A program made the translations under genes and the position numbers. Below the pieces are notes generated by a model. That model was given only the letters and a program-made list of their open reading frames with translations, did no database searches and had not been told where the DNA came from. Shown here one piece after another: positions 40,119 to 50,650 of a stretch of DNA of 64,000 nucleotides. The DNA comes from Gammaproteobacteria bacterium (GTDB lineage Bacteria > Pseudomonadota > Gammaproteobacteria > Eutrophobiales > Eutrophobiaceae). The DNA is taken from contig OZ250183.1 in assembly GCA_965238225.1 (NCBI GenBank), forward strand, positions 672,001 to 736,000, in the 5' to 3' direction. The number at the start of each line of letters is the position of its first letter. Position 1 is the stretch's first letter.

Positions 40119-41909
40119 GTGAATCAAACATACGACTGGAAATATATTTTGAAGATTGCCAGTGAACACAAGAGTGAAATTGTCTGCGCAAATATTATTG
40201 CTGTTTTATCAACACTCGCCAGCGTACCTTTGCCTTTATTGATGCCATTGTTGGTTGATGAAGTATTATTGAATCAACCAGCAACTGTCGTTGCAATAAT
40301 TAATGCTAATACTCCTAGTGTATGGCATGGATCAATACTCTATATCACAGTGATATTGATTTTTACTTTATGTTTGCGACTCACCGCGTTGCTATTGAAT
40401 GTATATCAATCTAGACAATTTACTATTATTGCTAAAGATGTCATTTTCAAAATTCGCTATTCCCTGTTGTTACACTTGGAGAAGGTTTCTATGTCTGAAT
40501 ATGAAACACTGGGTTCTGGCACTGTTGCCTCATATTTAGTCACAGACTTACAAACCATTGATGACTTTATAGGCGATACTGTCAGTCACCTGTTGGTTGC
40601 TGTTTTAACGGTGATTGGTGTTACAGCAATTCTTCTTTGGATACACTGGCAGATGGCATTACTCATCTTGTTTGTCAATCCTATAGTCATTTATTTCACC
40701 ATGGTTTTGGGTAAGCATGTTAAGGAATTAAAAAAGCAAGAAAATTTAACCTTCGCTATCTTCCAGCAAAGTCTTGTTGAAACACTGGATTCAATTCATC
40801 AAATACGTGCCAGTAATCGTGAGCGTCATTATATTATGAGAGTTATTGAACAGGCAAGACATGTCAAAGAATATGACACTGCATTTTCGTGGAAAAGCGA
40901 TGCGGCAAACCGCTTTAGTTTTATTATCTTTATGTTTGGGGTTGATCTGTTCCGCGCTATCGCCATGATGATGGTTATTTTTTCAGGACTTAGTATTGGA
41001 CAAATGTTCGCTGTATTTGGTTATCTATGGTTTATGATGAGTCCGGTACAGGAGATTCTTAACATTCAATATGCTTGGTATAGTGCAAATGCTGCACTTG
41101 AAAGAGTCAATTCTGTGCCTGCATTACATCAAGAACCTGAATATAGACGCATAAAGAATCCATTTGAGAATAAACATACAGTCGGCATCAGAATTGAAGA
41201 TGTTCATTTTACTTATGGAAATGGCAACTCAGATGTTTTGGATGGAATTAGTTTAGATATCATGTCGGGAAAGAAAATAGCTTTAGTGGGCGCGAGTGGC
41301 GGAGGTAAATCGACATTGGTGCAGGTTCTAATCGGTCTATATTCTGCCAAGTCAGGCATGATTTATTATGACGATATTCCTGTTACAGATATTGGTCTCG
41401 ATGTAATTCGTGAAAATGTCGCAACGGTACTGCAACATCCTGCATTGTTTAATGATTCCATAAGAACAAATATAACAATGGGTCGTGAATTGGATGATGA
41501 TCGTTTGTGGCACGCTCTTGAGATAGCACAGTTAAAAAGTATGGTAGAGGAAATGCAAAATGGTCTGGATACTGTTGTCGGCAGGCAAGGTATTCGGTTA
41601 TCTGGAGGACAGAGGCAGCGATTAGCTATTGCACGTATGCTATTAAGTGAACCGAAGGTTGTAATTTTAGATGAAGCAACATCTGCGTTGGATGCTGAGA
41701 CCGAATATCAATTATATGCTGCTTTAAGTGATTTCCTTAAAGACAGAACTACTTTGATTGTGGCGCACAGACTAAGTGCTATTAAACAGGCAAATCATGT
41801 TTATGTGTTTGAGGCAGGAGTGATTAGCGAACAAGGTAGCCATACAGAATTACTGTTACAAGATGGTCTTTATTCAAAATTATATGGTGTCAGGCAGTCA
41901 ATGAGCTGA
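40119..41909 (+). CDS. ABC exporter, fused permease/ATPase (probable GTG start at 40119)
   Basis: TM domain plus GASGGGKST, LSGGQRQR and ILDEATSALD. Confidence 0.88.
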   Translation: MNQTYDWKYILKIASEHKSEIVCANIIAVLSTLASVPLPLLMPLLVDEVLLNQPATVVAIINANTPSVWHGSILYITVILIFTLCLRLTALLLNVYQSRQFTIIAKDVIFKIRYSLLLHLEKVSMSEYETLGSGTVASYLVTDLQTIDDFIGDTVSHLLVAVLTVIGVTAILLWIHWQMALLILFVNPIVIYFTMVLGKHVKELKKQENLTFAIFQQSLVETLDSIHQIRASNRERHYIMRVIEQARHVKEYDTAFSWKSDAANRFSFIIFMFGVDLFRAIAMMMVIFSGLSIGQMFAVFGYLWFMMSPVQEILNIQYAWYSANAALERVNSVPALHQEPEYRRIKNPFENKHTVGIRIEDVHFTYGNGNSDVLDGISLDIMSGKKIALVGASGGGKSTLVQVLIGLYSAKSGMIYYDDIPVTDIGLDVIRENVATVLQHPALFNDSIRTNITMGRELDDDRLWHALEIAQLKSMVEEMQNGLDTVVGRQGIRLSGGQRQRLAIARMLLSEPKVVILDEATSALDAETEYQLYAALSDFLKDRTTLIVAHRLSAIKQANHVYVFEAGVISEQGSHTELLLQDGLYSKLYGVRQSMS

Positions 41910-42016
41910 TAGGGATTAAACGAGAATATCCTCAGATATTTCAAGACGTTTATGCACATTGGCATTCTTCGCAACACCTATACCTTGAAGCTTGAACTCA
42001 TTGTCTGAAAGAGAAC

Positions 42017-42622
42017 TTATTCTAGAAACAAGGTGTTCCGTTTTGCCATGTATAATTTTAGAGAATTTTTAACGGCATTTATAACGCCGCGCGAGCTACT
42101 TGTTGCCCCGCTTAGATGATCAAATGTACCAGACTCATCCTTTGTAGCCCATTTATCTATTGCCGTAACATCAAAAGATTGTTGTGAAAAATTCTTCAGC
42201 CAGTCTGTTTTATCCTGATGAATAGCGTCACCTAAACCCGGCGTTTCACGGTGCGATAATACCTGTATAGAAAATATTGATCCATCCTCAAGAATACCAA
42301 TCGATAATTGAATTGATCCGTTATAACCTGATGCCGTGATAGGTGTGAAGACTACACCTACAGGATCACCAGTTTTTCTTGCTCGGTAGGCATGAGTTTT
42401 TGATTCGTTTCCATAATCATCTACATAATTAATTATTTTCATGTCGTGATAAATATCATTATCAAAATCAGATGTCATGACCGCAGTAATTACTTGTAAT
42501 TTTTGCATGTCTATATTTTCTGAAATACGTTCCTTGCTTATCTCATGAATAAACGATAAGAAAAGCGCACATAGAACCGCTAAACCACTAAAGTAGATTG
42601 ATTCTTTATTTGATATTTTCAT
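42017..42622 (-). CDS. rnfG: Rnf/Rsx complex subunit G
   Basis: GYNG.I, HRETPGLGD and FMN-attachment FDHLSGAT. Confidence 0.88.
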   Translation of the reverse strand: MKISNKESIYFSGLAVLCALFLSFIHEISKERISENIDMQKLQVITAVMTSDFDNDIYHDMKIINYVDDYGNESKTHAYRARKTGDPVGVVFTPITASGYNGSIQLSIGILEDGSIFSIQVLSHRETPGLGDAIHQDKTDWLKNFSQQSFDVTAIDKWATKDESGTFDHLSGATSSSRGVINAVKNSLKLYMAKRNTLFLE

Positions 42623-43644
42623 GGCCTAGTTTTACCAAAAACATCGGGTCGAGTAATATTATTGATAAATGGCACTGCAGCATTCATCATGAGTATGGCA
42701 AAAGCGATGCCATCGGGATAACTGCCCCATACCCTGATAATATAAGTTAGTAAGCCAATACCACAGGCGTAGATGATTTTCCCGCGTGGCGTGGATGAGG
42801 CAGTCACGGGATCTGTGACAATAAAAAAAGCAGCCAGTAATGTTCCGCCAGTGAACACATTAAACATTGATGAGGCGTATATTTCAGGTTCATAGCTATG
42901 ACAAATAAAACTCAGTGTGAATAATGTGAAAATAAAAATTAGAGGCATCTGCCATTTAATTACTCCCTTTATCATTAACCAAATCCCGCCTGTGAGAAAG
43001 GCAAAGCCGATCCATTCCCAGCCTTTACCTCCTAGTGCGCCAAATAAAGGGCTATGAGAGAATTCTGAAAGCATAACCATGCTACTTACCTGAAATTTGG
43101 TAAATGCCAATAATGTTGCTCCGCTTAGACTGTCCATGCTTTCGTGAGGCAAGCCTACGAATATTATTTCAAGGCTTTCGATGAAGCCATTATTGCCATT
43201 TCCCATGTCATTTAAAATGGTTGGCCAATAATTTAACTCAACAGGGAAACAAATGAGTACAAACACATAGCCTGACATAGCTGGATTGAAGATGTTATAG
43301 CCGAGACCACCATAAAGATGTTTTGTAATAACGATTGCAAAAAAAATTCCAGATAAGGTTACCCACCAAGGTGCGAAAGGTGTGATGGTTAAAGCAAACA
43401 ACAGACCAGTGATAATGGCACTGCCATCATAAATAAAATCTTTAAGCGGACGCTGTCTAAGTGCCAATATAAATGCCTCAAAAGCCAGAGCAAAAAAAAT
43501 AGACAGTACGCAATGGATAAGGATGCCCCAGCCAAGGATCCATGTGGATACAATAATCCCCGGGATAAGTGCAAATATCACTTGATACATCACCTTATTA
43601 ACTGAATTGTGCGAATGGATATGCGGAGAACTTATATTATCCAT
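42619..43644 (-). CDS. rnfD: Rnf/Rsx complex subunit D
   Basis: SSPH, KHLYGGLGYNIFNPAM, SGAT and TDPVT motifs. Confidence 0.92.
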   Translation of the reverse strand: MDNISSPHIHSHNSVNKVMYQVIFALIPGIIVSTWILGWGILIHCVLSIFFALAFEAFILALRQRPLKDFIYDGSAIITGLLFALTITPFAPWWVTLSGIFFAIVITKHLYGGLGYNIFNPAMSGYVFVLICFPVELNYWPTILNDMGNGNNGFIESLEIIFVGLPHESMDSLSGATLLAFTKFQVSSMVMLSEFSHSPLFGALGGKGWEWIGFAFLTGGIWLMIKGVIKWQMPLIFIFTLFTLSFICHSYEPEIYASSMFNVFTGGTLLAAFFIVTDPVTASSTPRGKIIYACGIGLLTYIIRVWGSYPDGIAFAILMMNAAVPFINNITRPDVFGKTRP

Positions 43645-43653
43645 GATATTTTT

Positions 43654-45171
43654 TTAGCTATCTCTTTTATTGCGCTTCTGTTTCATGCGTTCAATGGCAG
43701 CATGAATATATGATTTCTTATCTTCTAACTCGCCTATACTTTTATCTATAGAAACTGTTTTCTTTTGATTAAAATGGTAATCAATATGACTCAGACGTTG
43801 GTTATGCGCCTCGAATCGTGATCTAGTATGTTTATATTTAGCCTGTTTTTTTTCATCATCAGCTATATCGATTTTTGCTTGTCTATAATATTTCACTAGA
43901 GGAATATTGCTTGGACAAACATAAGCACAACAGCCACATTCAATGCAATCGAATAAATTTAATGCTCTAACTTCCTCTAGATTTTTTGTGCGTGAGTATG
44001 CAAACAGTTCTTGAGGAAGCAATTTTGCAGGGCATACATCGACACACAGACTGCATCCTATACATGGCTTCTCTTTGTTAAGATTAAATTCTGATGTCAC
44101 AAGAATGCTGTTGGTAGTTTTAATCACAGGCATGGAAATGTCGTGTATATATTTTCCCATCATCGGGCCGCCTATCGTTACAACCTCATTATCACGTGCC
44201 TGATAGCCGACTTGTTTGAGACAGTGTTCAGCTGGTGTGCCAAGTAATACCTGTAAATTACAAGGATTTTCAACGTTGCCAGAAATTGTCACATAACGGG
44301 AAAGTACGGGTTCTCCGCGTGTTACGGCTCTAAGGGTAGCGGCAGCAGTTCCCACATTATGTATAACGATGCCAATATGAATAGGTAAATGACCAGTAGG
44401 AACCTCTTTACCAGTTAATGTTTTTATGAGTTGTTTTTCGCCGCCAGCTGGATATCGGGCAGGAACTTTTACAAGCTCAATATCATCACTAATTAAATCA
44501 TTCAAGATGTCAAAGGCTTCGTGCATGTCTTCTTCAACGGCAATTACACAATGTTTTGCCTGAATCGCATGTTGCAGCATGCGTGTCCCCAAGACGATAT
44601 AGTTTGCTTTTTCTTTAATAATTCTGTCGTCACAACTGATGTATGGCTCGCATTCAACACCATTGATAATCAAGGTATCTACTGCCGTGTTTGTACCTTC
44701 GTTTAGTTTTACATGCGTTGGGAATCCCGCACCCCCCATGCCGACTATCCCTGCTTCGCATATCAAATATTGTAATTTTTCAGGATCGATAGACAGGTAA
44801 TCTATTACAGGTTCGATTTCATACCAAACATCGTCACCATCTGGCTCTATAATAATGCAAGGTATCTGTTTTGATCCTCGTTGTATGGATTGGCAGATGC
44901 CTATATCCAGAATTTTTCCAGAGGTACTGGCATGCATGGGTACACTGATATAAGAACTAGCCTCTGCTATTTTTTGTCCTTTAAGTACGGTATCTCCTTT
45001 TTTAACGATTACTTCGGAAGGCATACCAATATGCTGTTGTAGTGGCAGGATAATCCTGTCGGGAAGCGGCGTTATTAAAGATTCTTTAGCATTGGTTAAT
45101 TCCTTGTATGTTTTAAGGTTTAATCCTCCATGAAATGAATGCAGCTCTCTCTTTATTTGCTGTGTATCCAT
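43654..45171 (-). CDS. rnfC: Rnf/Rsx complex subunit C
   Basis: GMGGAGFPTHVKL, ECEPYI and two CxxCxxCxxxCP motifs. Confidence 0.93.
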   Translation of the reverse strand: MDTQQIKRELHSFHGGLNLKTYKELTNAKESLITPLPDRIILPLQQHIGMPSEVIVKKGDTVLKGQKIAEASSYISVPMHASTSGKILDIGICQSIQRGSKQIPCIIIEPDGDDVWYEIEPVIDYLSIDPEKLQYLICEAGIVGMGGAGFPTHVKLNEGTNTAVDTLIINGVECEPYISCDDRIIKEKANYIVLGTRMLQHAIQAKHCVIAVEEDMHEAFDILNDLISDDIELVKVPARYPAGGEKQLIKTLTGKEVPTGHLPIHIGIVIHNVGTAAATLRAVTRGEPVLSRYVTISGNVENPCNLQVLLGTPAEHCLKQVGYQARDNEVVTIGGPMMGKYIHDISMPVIKTTNSILVTSEFNLNKEKPCIGCSLCVDVCPAKLLPQELFAYSRTKNLEEVRALNLFDCIECGCCAYVCPSNIPLVKYYRQAKIDIADDEKKQAKYKHTRSRFEAHNQRLSHIDYHFNQKKTVSIDKSIGELEDKKSYIHAAIERMKQKRNKRDS

Positions 45172-45175
45172 TTGT

Positions 45176-45664
45176 TTAATTTGTTATGGCTTGCATACTG
45201 ATACAGTCCGTGGGGCAGGGTGCAATACAAAGTTCACATCCTGTACATTCTGCGGCGAGAACGGCGTGCATTTGTTTGGCAGTACCAAGGATGGCATCTA
45301 CTGGACAGGCATTGATGCATTTTACGCAACCGATGCAAAGTGTTTCATCTATGAGGGCAACATATTGCCCTTTCTCCATTCCATTTTCTAGGTTTAAAGG
45401 CTTAAACTCGCGACTTAATAAATTAGCTATTGTTTTTATAGTTGCTTCACCACCAGGCGGGCATTGATTGATGTCGGCTTCTCCGCAAATAATAGCTTCT
45501 GCGTAAGGTCGACAACCGGAATAATTACATTTTCCACATTGGGTTTGTGGCAAGACAGAAAGGATATCTTCGATTTTGTTTTGTTGTGCTGTCGTTTCAG
45601 GATATCTGGAGATAAAAAAACTACCTATAAGTGCAAGAAAAAAGATGATTAGAACACCAATCAT
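45176..45664 (-). CDS. rnfB: Rnf/Rsx complex subunit B
   Basis: [20 protein letters not shown]...NQCPPGG plus two ferredoxin motifs. Confidence 0.9.
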   Translation of the reverse strand: MIGVLIIFFLALIGSFFISRYPETTAQQNKIEDILSVLPQTQCGKCNYSGCRPYAEAIICGEADINQCPPGGEATIKTIANLLSREFKPLNLENGMEKGQYVALIDETLCIGCVKCINACPVDAILGTAKQMHAVLAAECTGCELCIAPCPTDCISMQAITN

Positions 45665-46234
45665 CTATTTAATAAATCCTGAAAATCCAAGGAATGCCAT
45701 TGATATCAGTCCTAAGGTAGTGAGGGCAATGGGGTATCTTTTGAAGGGTGTCGGGATGTCAGCCATTTCCACTTGCGCATTGATAGCTGTTAAGAGGGAA
45801 AGTATGAGCGCAAAACCAGCTGCCGTGCCTAAGCCAAAGATGAATGAATAAAATAAATTGTTATCTTGTTGTTGATTTAAAAGTAGCGTACCAAGTACCG
45901 TCACATTCACACCTGCAAGTGGTAGAAACAACTCTGAACCGCTATCTTTAAAAGGTTTTGGCCATGTTTTAAGGGCATAAACAATTATTGTGATCAATAT
46001 GACAAATAGGAGGGTTTGTAAATATTGTAGCCGTAAGGGGATAAAAATGAATTGTATCATTGCAGAAGCAATGACAGTCGTTAATGGTAATAAAATTATC
46101 ATGATGCTCGAAATTTTACGGGAAACATCGCGCCCTTGAGTTGCTGTTAAGGCAGGATCGGCGCCGATAACATGAGCAATAATGATATTATTAACAAGCG
46201 CAGAACTAATCAGAACAAGAAAAATTTCTTCCAT
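45665..46234 (-). CDS. rnfA: Rnf/Rsx complex subunit A (divergent, Cys-less)
   Basis: LVNN, LQYLQTLLF, DIPTPFK..PIAL.T.GLISMAFLGFSG; first gene of the operon. Confidence 0.8.
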   Translation of the reverse strand: MEEIFLVLISSALVNNIIIAHVIGADPALTATQGRDVSRKISSIMIILLPLTTVIASAMIQFIFIPLRLQYLQTLLFVILITIIVYALKTWPKPFKDSGSELFLPLAGVNVTVLGTLLLNQQQDNNLFYSFIFGLGTAAGFALILSLLTAINAQVEMADIPTPFKRYPIALTTLGLISMAFLGFSGFIK

Positions 46235-46317
46235 TCATCTATTTTACTCTAATTTTATTTTTAATTCTCATTCCACTTTTGGGCTTTATGCCTTTCAGGA
46301 TAAATAAATTTCTGCTA

Positions 46318-47988
46318 TCAGGGTACCTCTATCCCCTCTAGATCTTTTTTACTTTTTTCTATCATAGCTTCGATATGTGTTTGTTCCATGCGCATCATAA
46401 GCGGCTTGAAGTCATTTATTTCGTGCGCCAATAGGGGTGTTTGTCTGTGTCCCCAGTTGCATGCTTTAATATTAAAAAATTGCTCTGTTGTTTTTGCCAT
46501 CACAGGTAGAACCGGTTTGAGATAAATAATTAACAGGCGAAATAGATTCAGAGCCATGGTGCAGATGATATGCAATTCATCTGCTCTATTTTCCTGCTTG
46601 GCGATGACCCAAGGTTTATTGTCGTCAATGTATTGATTCGTCTTATCGGCCAAGATCATGATTTTACGCATGGCTTTGGCATATTCTTTCGCTGCATACG
46701 CTGAAGCAATATTATCTCCAGCATTGACAAATTCTGAAAATAATTCAGGTTGATGAATCTCTGCGGCAAGCTTTCCTGCAAATTTCTTTTTGATAAATCC
46801 TGAACAACGACTGGCAATGTTTATGACTTTACCCACCAAATCAGAATTTACCCTGTGTAGAAAATCTTCCATATTGAGATCAATATCATCAATACCACTT
46901 CCTAGTTTTGCTGCAAAATAATATCGTAAATATTCAGGGTTTAAATGTTCTAAATAAGTGCACGCCTTGATAAAGGTGCCTCTGGATTTTGACATTTTCT
47001 CACCATTAACAGTCAAAAAACCGTGCGCATGAATAGAACTTGGTGTACGCATACCACTGCCTTTGAGTATAGCTGGCCAGAAAAGTGCGTGGAAATAGAT
47101 GATATCTTTGCCAATAAAATGGTGCATCTCGATATCACTTTTTTGATTGATGAAACTATTAAAATCTAGATCTTTTTTATCACATAAATATTTCAGGCAT
47201 GCCAAGTAACCAATCGGCGCATCCAGCCAGACATAAAAATATTTGCCTGGCGCATCTGGAATCTCAAAACCAAAATAAGGTTCATCTCTGGAAATATCCC
47301 ATTCCTGCAGGCCTGCCTCGAACCATTCATCCAGCTTATTAGAGACTTCTTTCTGTAAATGGTCCGAGCGCGTCCAGTCACGCAACATATCTTCAAAATC
47401 TGCCAGTTTAAAGAAATAATGTTCAGATTCTTTTTCAACTGGTGTGGTATCGGAAATGGCTGATACAGGATTCTTAAGTTCTGTTGGGCTGTAAGTTGCC
47501 CCGCAGATTTCACAATTATCACCATACTGGTTAGCTGCACCACATTTTGGACATCCCCCACGAATAAATCTATCCGGCAAAAACATATTTTTCTTAAGAT
47601 CAAATGCCTGTTTGATTATGCGCTTATTTATATGATTATTATCACGCAAGCGTTTATAAATCATGCAGGACAGTTCGCGATTCTCTTTTGAATGCGTGCT
47701 ATGGAAGTGGTCAAATGCGATCGAAAATTTGGCCAAATCAGCTTGGTGCTCCCAATTCATTTTTTCGATCAATGCCTCAGGGCTAATACCATCTTGTTCT
47801 GCACGAAGCATAATCGGTGTGCCATGAGCATCATCCGCACAGACGTAATAACAGGTATGCCCCTGCATTTTCTGAAACCGTACCCAGATATCAGTTTGAA
47901 TATATTCCAGAAGATGACCTATGTGGATTGAGCCGTTGGCATAGGGCAGTGCGCTTGTAACAAGTAATGTTTTATGTGTGTCAGTCAT
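46318..47988 (-). CDS. metG: Methionine--tRNA ligase (no C-terminal tRNA-binding domain)
   Basis: [16 protein letters not shown] and zinc knuckle; 556 aa. Confidence 0.96.
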   Translation of the reverse strand: MTDTHKTLLVTSALPYANGSIHIGHLLEYIQTDIWVRFQKMQGHTCYYVCADDAHGTPIMLRAEQDGISPEALIEKMNWEHQADLAKFSIAFDHFHSTHSKENRELSCMIYKRLRDNNHINKRIIKQAFDLKKNMFLPDRFIRGGCPKCGAANQYGDNCEICGATYSPTELKNPVSAISDTTPVEKESEHYFFKLADFEDMLRDWTRSDHLQKEVSNKLDEWFEAGLQEWDISRDEPYFGFEIPDAPGKYFYVWLDAPIGYLACLKYLCDKKDLDFNSFINQKSDIEMHHFIGKDIIYFHALFWPAILKGSGMRTPSSIHAHGFLTVNGEKMSKSRGTFIKACTYLEHLNPEYLRYYFAAKLGSGIDDIDLNMEDFLHRVNSDLVGKVINIASRCSGFIKKKFAGKLAAEIHQPELFSEFVNAGDNIASAYAAKEYAKAMRKIMILADKTNQYIDDNKPWVIAKQENRADELHIICTMALNLFRLLIIYLKPVLPVMAKTTEQFFNIKACNWGHRQTPLLAHEINDFKPLMMRMEQTHIEAMIEKSKKDLEGIEVP

Positions 47989-48155
47989 GAATCAATTTTG
48001 CGTGAATTAGTCTTGGGCGAATAGCTTATAGTAAATCTTCATGAAAAATAGCGAAGTAAGTTACCATTATTGAGGTTTAGGGTGAAGCCATCTACACAAA
48101 AAGGTAGAATTGCTGCTGATTAAAGATCGCTAACAAACGCTGGATTGCTGGAGCA

Positions 48156-49247
48156 ATGACCGAAATCACACAAGAAAATGTTGAAACACGACTGAAAGGC
48201 TACATAGAGCCTTATTTGATGCAAGATTTGGTCTCAGCGGGGGCTATCAAAGATATTACAATAAAAGGTGCTGATGTTGGGTTCACCCTATCACTAGGAT
48301 ATCCGGCTCAAGGCTATCACGGAATGTTAATTAAGGCATTGCAAGATGAACTAGGAGATATCTCTGGCATAGATAATATATCGATTCGGGCTGAAACCAA
48401 TATCACTGCTCACTCGGTACAAAAAGGTGTACAGACCTTGCCCGGGGTTAAAAATACCATTGCCATTGCTTCAGGCAAGGGCGGGGTTGGAAAATCAACC
48501 ACATCAGTTAATCTGGCACTGGCATTACAAGTGGAGGGTGCTAGGGTTGGTATTCTGGATGCTGATATCTACGGACCAAGTCAACCAAGAATGTTGGGTA
48601 GTAGTGGCAAACCCGATTCTACAGACGGCAAATCCATAGAACCCAAGATGTCTTATGATATTCAATCCATGTCGATAGGTTATTTGATTAATGAAGACGC
48701 GCCGATGATTTGGCGTGGTCCGATGGTGACGGGCGCGCTAGAGCAGCTTTTAAGTGATACCAATTGGCAAGATCTGGATTATCTGATTATTGACCTGCCG
48801 CCAGGCACAGGAGACATACAATTAACGTTGTGCCAGAAGATTCCAGTGAGTGCGGCTATTATTGTCACAACACCACAGGACATTGCTTTGTTAGATGCCT
48901 GCAAAGCATACAACATGTTCAAGAAAGTGGATGTGCCAGTATTAGGGATCATTGAGAATATGAGCACGCATATTTGTAGTCAATGCGGGTATGAGGAACA
49001 TATTTTTGGTGCCGGAGGCGGTGAACAGATGTCGAAACAATACAGCGTAGATCTATTAGGATCTCTACCTTTAGATATCAAGATTCGCAAAGGAGTAGAC
49101 CAAGGTAAGCCTACCGTTGCGATTGAACCGGATTCAAGTATCTCTATGCTTTATCGTGAGATTGCCAGAAAATCATCAGCAAGGCTTTCGCAAATGGCAA
49201 AAGATTACTCAGGTAAATTTCCAAAAATTGTGATTGAGGATAATTAG
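48156..49247 (+). CDS. apbC: Iron-sulfur cluster carrier ApbC/Mrp
   Basis: SGKGGVGKST, DADIYGPS and DLPPGTGD; divergent from metG. Confidence 0.93.
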   Translation: MTEITQENVETRLKGYIEPYLMQDLVSAGAIKDITIKGADVGFTLSLGYPAQGYHGMLIKALQDELGDISGIDNISIRAETNITAHSVQKGVQTLPGVKNTIAIASGKGGVGKSTTSVNLALALQVEGARVGILDADIYGPSQPRMLGSSGKPDSTDGKSIEPKMSYDIQSMSIGYLINEDAPMIWRGPMVTGALEQLLSDTNWQDLDYLIIDLPPGTGDIQLTLCQKIPVSAAIIVTTPQDIALLDACKAYNMFKKVDVPVLGIIENMSTHICSQCGYEEHIFGAGGGEQMSKQYSVDLLGSLPLDIKIRKGVDQGKPTVAIEPDSSISMLYREIARKSSARLSQMAKDYSGKFPKIVIEDN

Positions 49248-49329
49248 ATAAGCTCCCCCACAGCAAGATGACGGGAAATCAAACCCCAAGAAATTAAAAT
49301 TTTCAATATTTACAAATAGGAACGAAGAC

Positions 49330-49896
49330 GTGACAGTTAAATCAGATAAATGGGTACGCCATATGGCTGAGAATGAAGGTATGATTGAGCCATTTGAACC
49401 AAGTCAGATTAAGGAAAATGATTCAGGCAAAATTGTCTCTTATGGTACTTCCAGCTACGGCTATGATGTTCGTTGTGCTGCGGAATTTAGAATCTTTACT
49501 AATATTAATTCAGCCATTGTTGATCCCAAGAATTTTGATTCAGGGAGTTTTGTTGATGTCGATGCAGATGTTTGCATTATTCCTCCCAATTCCTTCGCAT
49601 TAGCAAGAACTGTCGAATATTTCCGCATTCCAAGAAATGTTCTCACCATCTGTTTGGGCAAATCAACTTACGCACGTTGCGGCATCATTGTGAATGTCAC
49701 GCCGCTGGAGCCAGAGTGGGAAGGTCATGTCACACTGGAGTTTTCCAATACCACACCGTTACCTGCAAAGATTTATGCCCATGAAGGTGTTGCACAAATG
49801 ATCTTTTTTGAATCTGATGAAGTTTGTGAAACTTCATATAAGGATCGGCAAGGCAAATACCAAGGCCAGACTGGCGTAACACTTCCTAAAACTTAG
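49330..49896 (+). CDS. dcd: dCTP deaminase
   Basis: [10 protein letters not shown] and GKSTYARCG motifs. Confidence 0.95.
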   Translation: MTVKSDKWVRHMAENEGMIEPFEPSQIKENDSGKIVSYGTSSYGYDVRCAAEFRIFTNINSAIVDPKNFDSGSFVDVDADVCIIPPNSFALARTVEYFRIPRNVLTICLGKSTYARCGIIVNVTPLEPEWEGHVTLEFSNTTPLPAKIYAHEGVAQMIFFESDEVCETSYKDRQGKYQGQTGVTLPKT

Positions 49897-49903
49897 GATA
49901 CTT

Positions 49904-50455
49904 GTGAAATACAAAGAATGGAGGAAGCTTATGTTGGAGAAAATTGAAAACGTATTAGAATCAATAATTTTCAAGAGTCGCTGGTTATTGGCACCATTTT
50001 ATCTTGGTTTAGTTATCAGTATTATTTTGTTATTTATTAAATTTGCCCAAGAATTGTGGCACATGTCTGCCCATGTATTTAGTACAGAAGAAAGTGATGT
50101 AATTATTGGAATATTGGCTTTGATTGACATGTCGTTAGTGGGCAGTTTATTGCTTATGATTATTTTTAGTGGCTATGAAATCTTTGTCTCAAAAATTGAT
50201 GTTGCCGCGCATGAAGATCGACCAAGCTGGATGGGTAAAATCGATTTTTCTGGATTAAAGCTTAAAGTTATTGGCGCGATTGTGGCAATTTCTGCCATTG
50301 ATCTATTAAAAGCTTTTATGAATATTCCAGATGAATTAAGCGCTGAAGGTGAAAACACATTAATGTGGAAAGTAATCATTCATATGGCATTCGTATTCTC
50401 GGGCGTATTGTTTGCACTCATGGATAAGATAGCAGGCGATACTGTTAACCATTGA
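49904..50455 (+). CDS. YqhA/UPF0114 (TIGR00645) membrane protein
   Basis: SRWLLAPFYLGL, SGYE.FVSK and LKLKV..AIVAISAIDLL. Confidence 0.85.
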   Translation: MKYKEWRKLMLEKIENVLESIIFKSRWLLAPFYLGLVISIILLFIKFAQELWHMSAHVFSTEESDVIIGILALIDMSLVGSLLLMIIFSGYEIFVSKIDVAAHEDRPSWMGKIDFSGLKLKVIGAIVAISAIDLLKAFMNIPDELSAEGENTLMWKVIIHMAFVFSGVLFALMDKIAGDTVNH

Positions 50456-50650
50456 TATTTTGAAAAGAATACAATTACTCAATAGATTCAGTCGAATACA
50501 TTGAGGATATACTCTGGTATAGCAAAAATGATAAAAATATTATTGTTATGAAATTCCTCAAAATTAAAAAAAATTGGAAAACTAATTTATCTTTAATGCT
50601 TGTTTGATTCATATTTTACCCTTTAATCAGTTTGTTCTTATTATTGCCTT

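Noticed and set aside
46318-47988. Short MetG as a truncation or pseudogene
   Set aside because: MetRS lacking the C-terminal tRNA-binding domain is a known functional form, and the catalytic motifs are intact.
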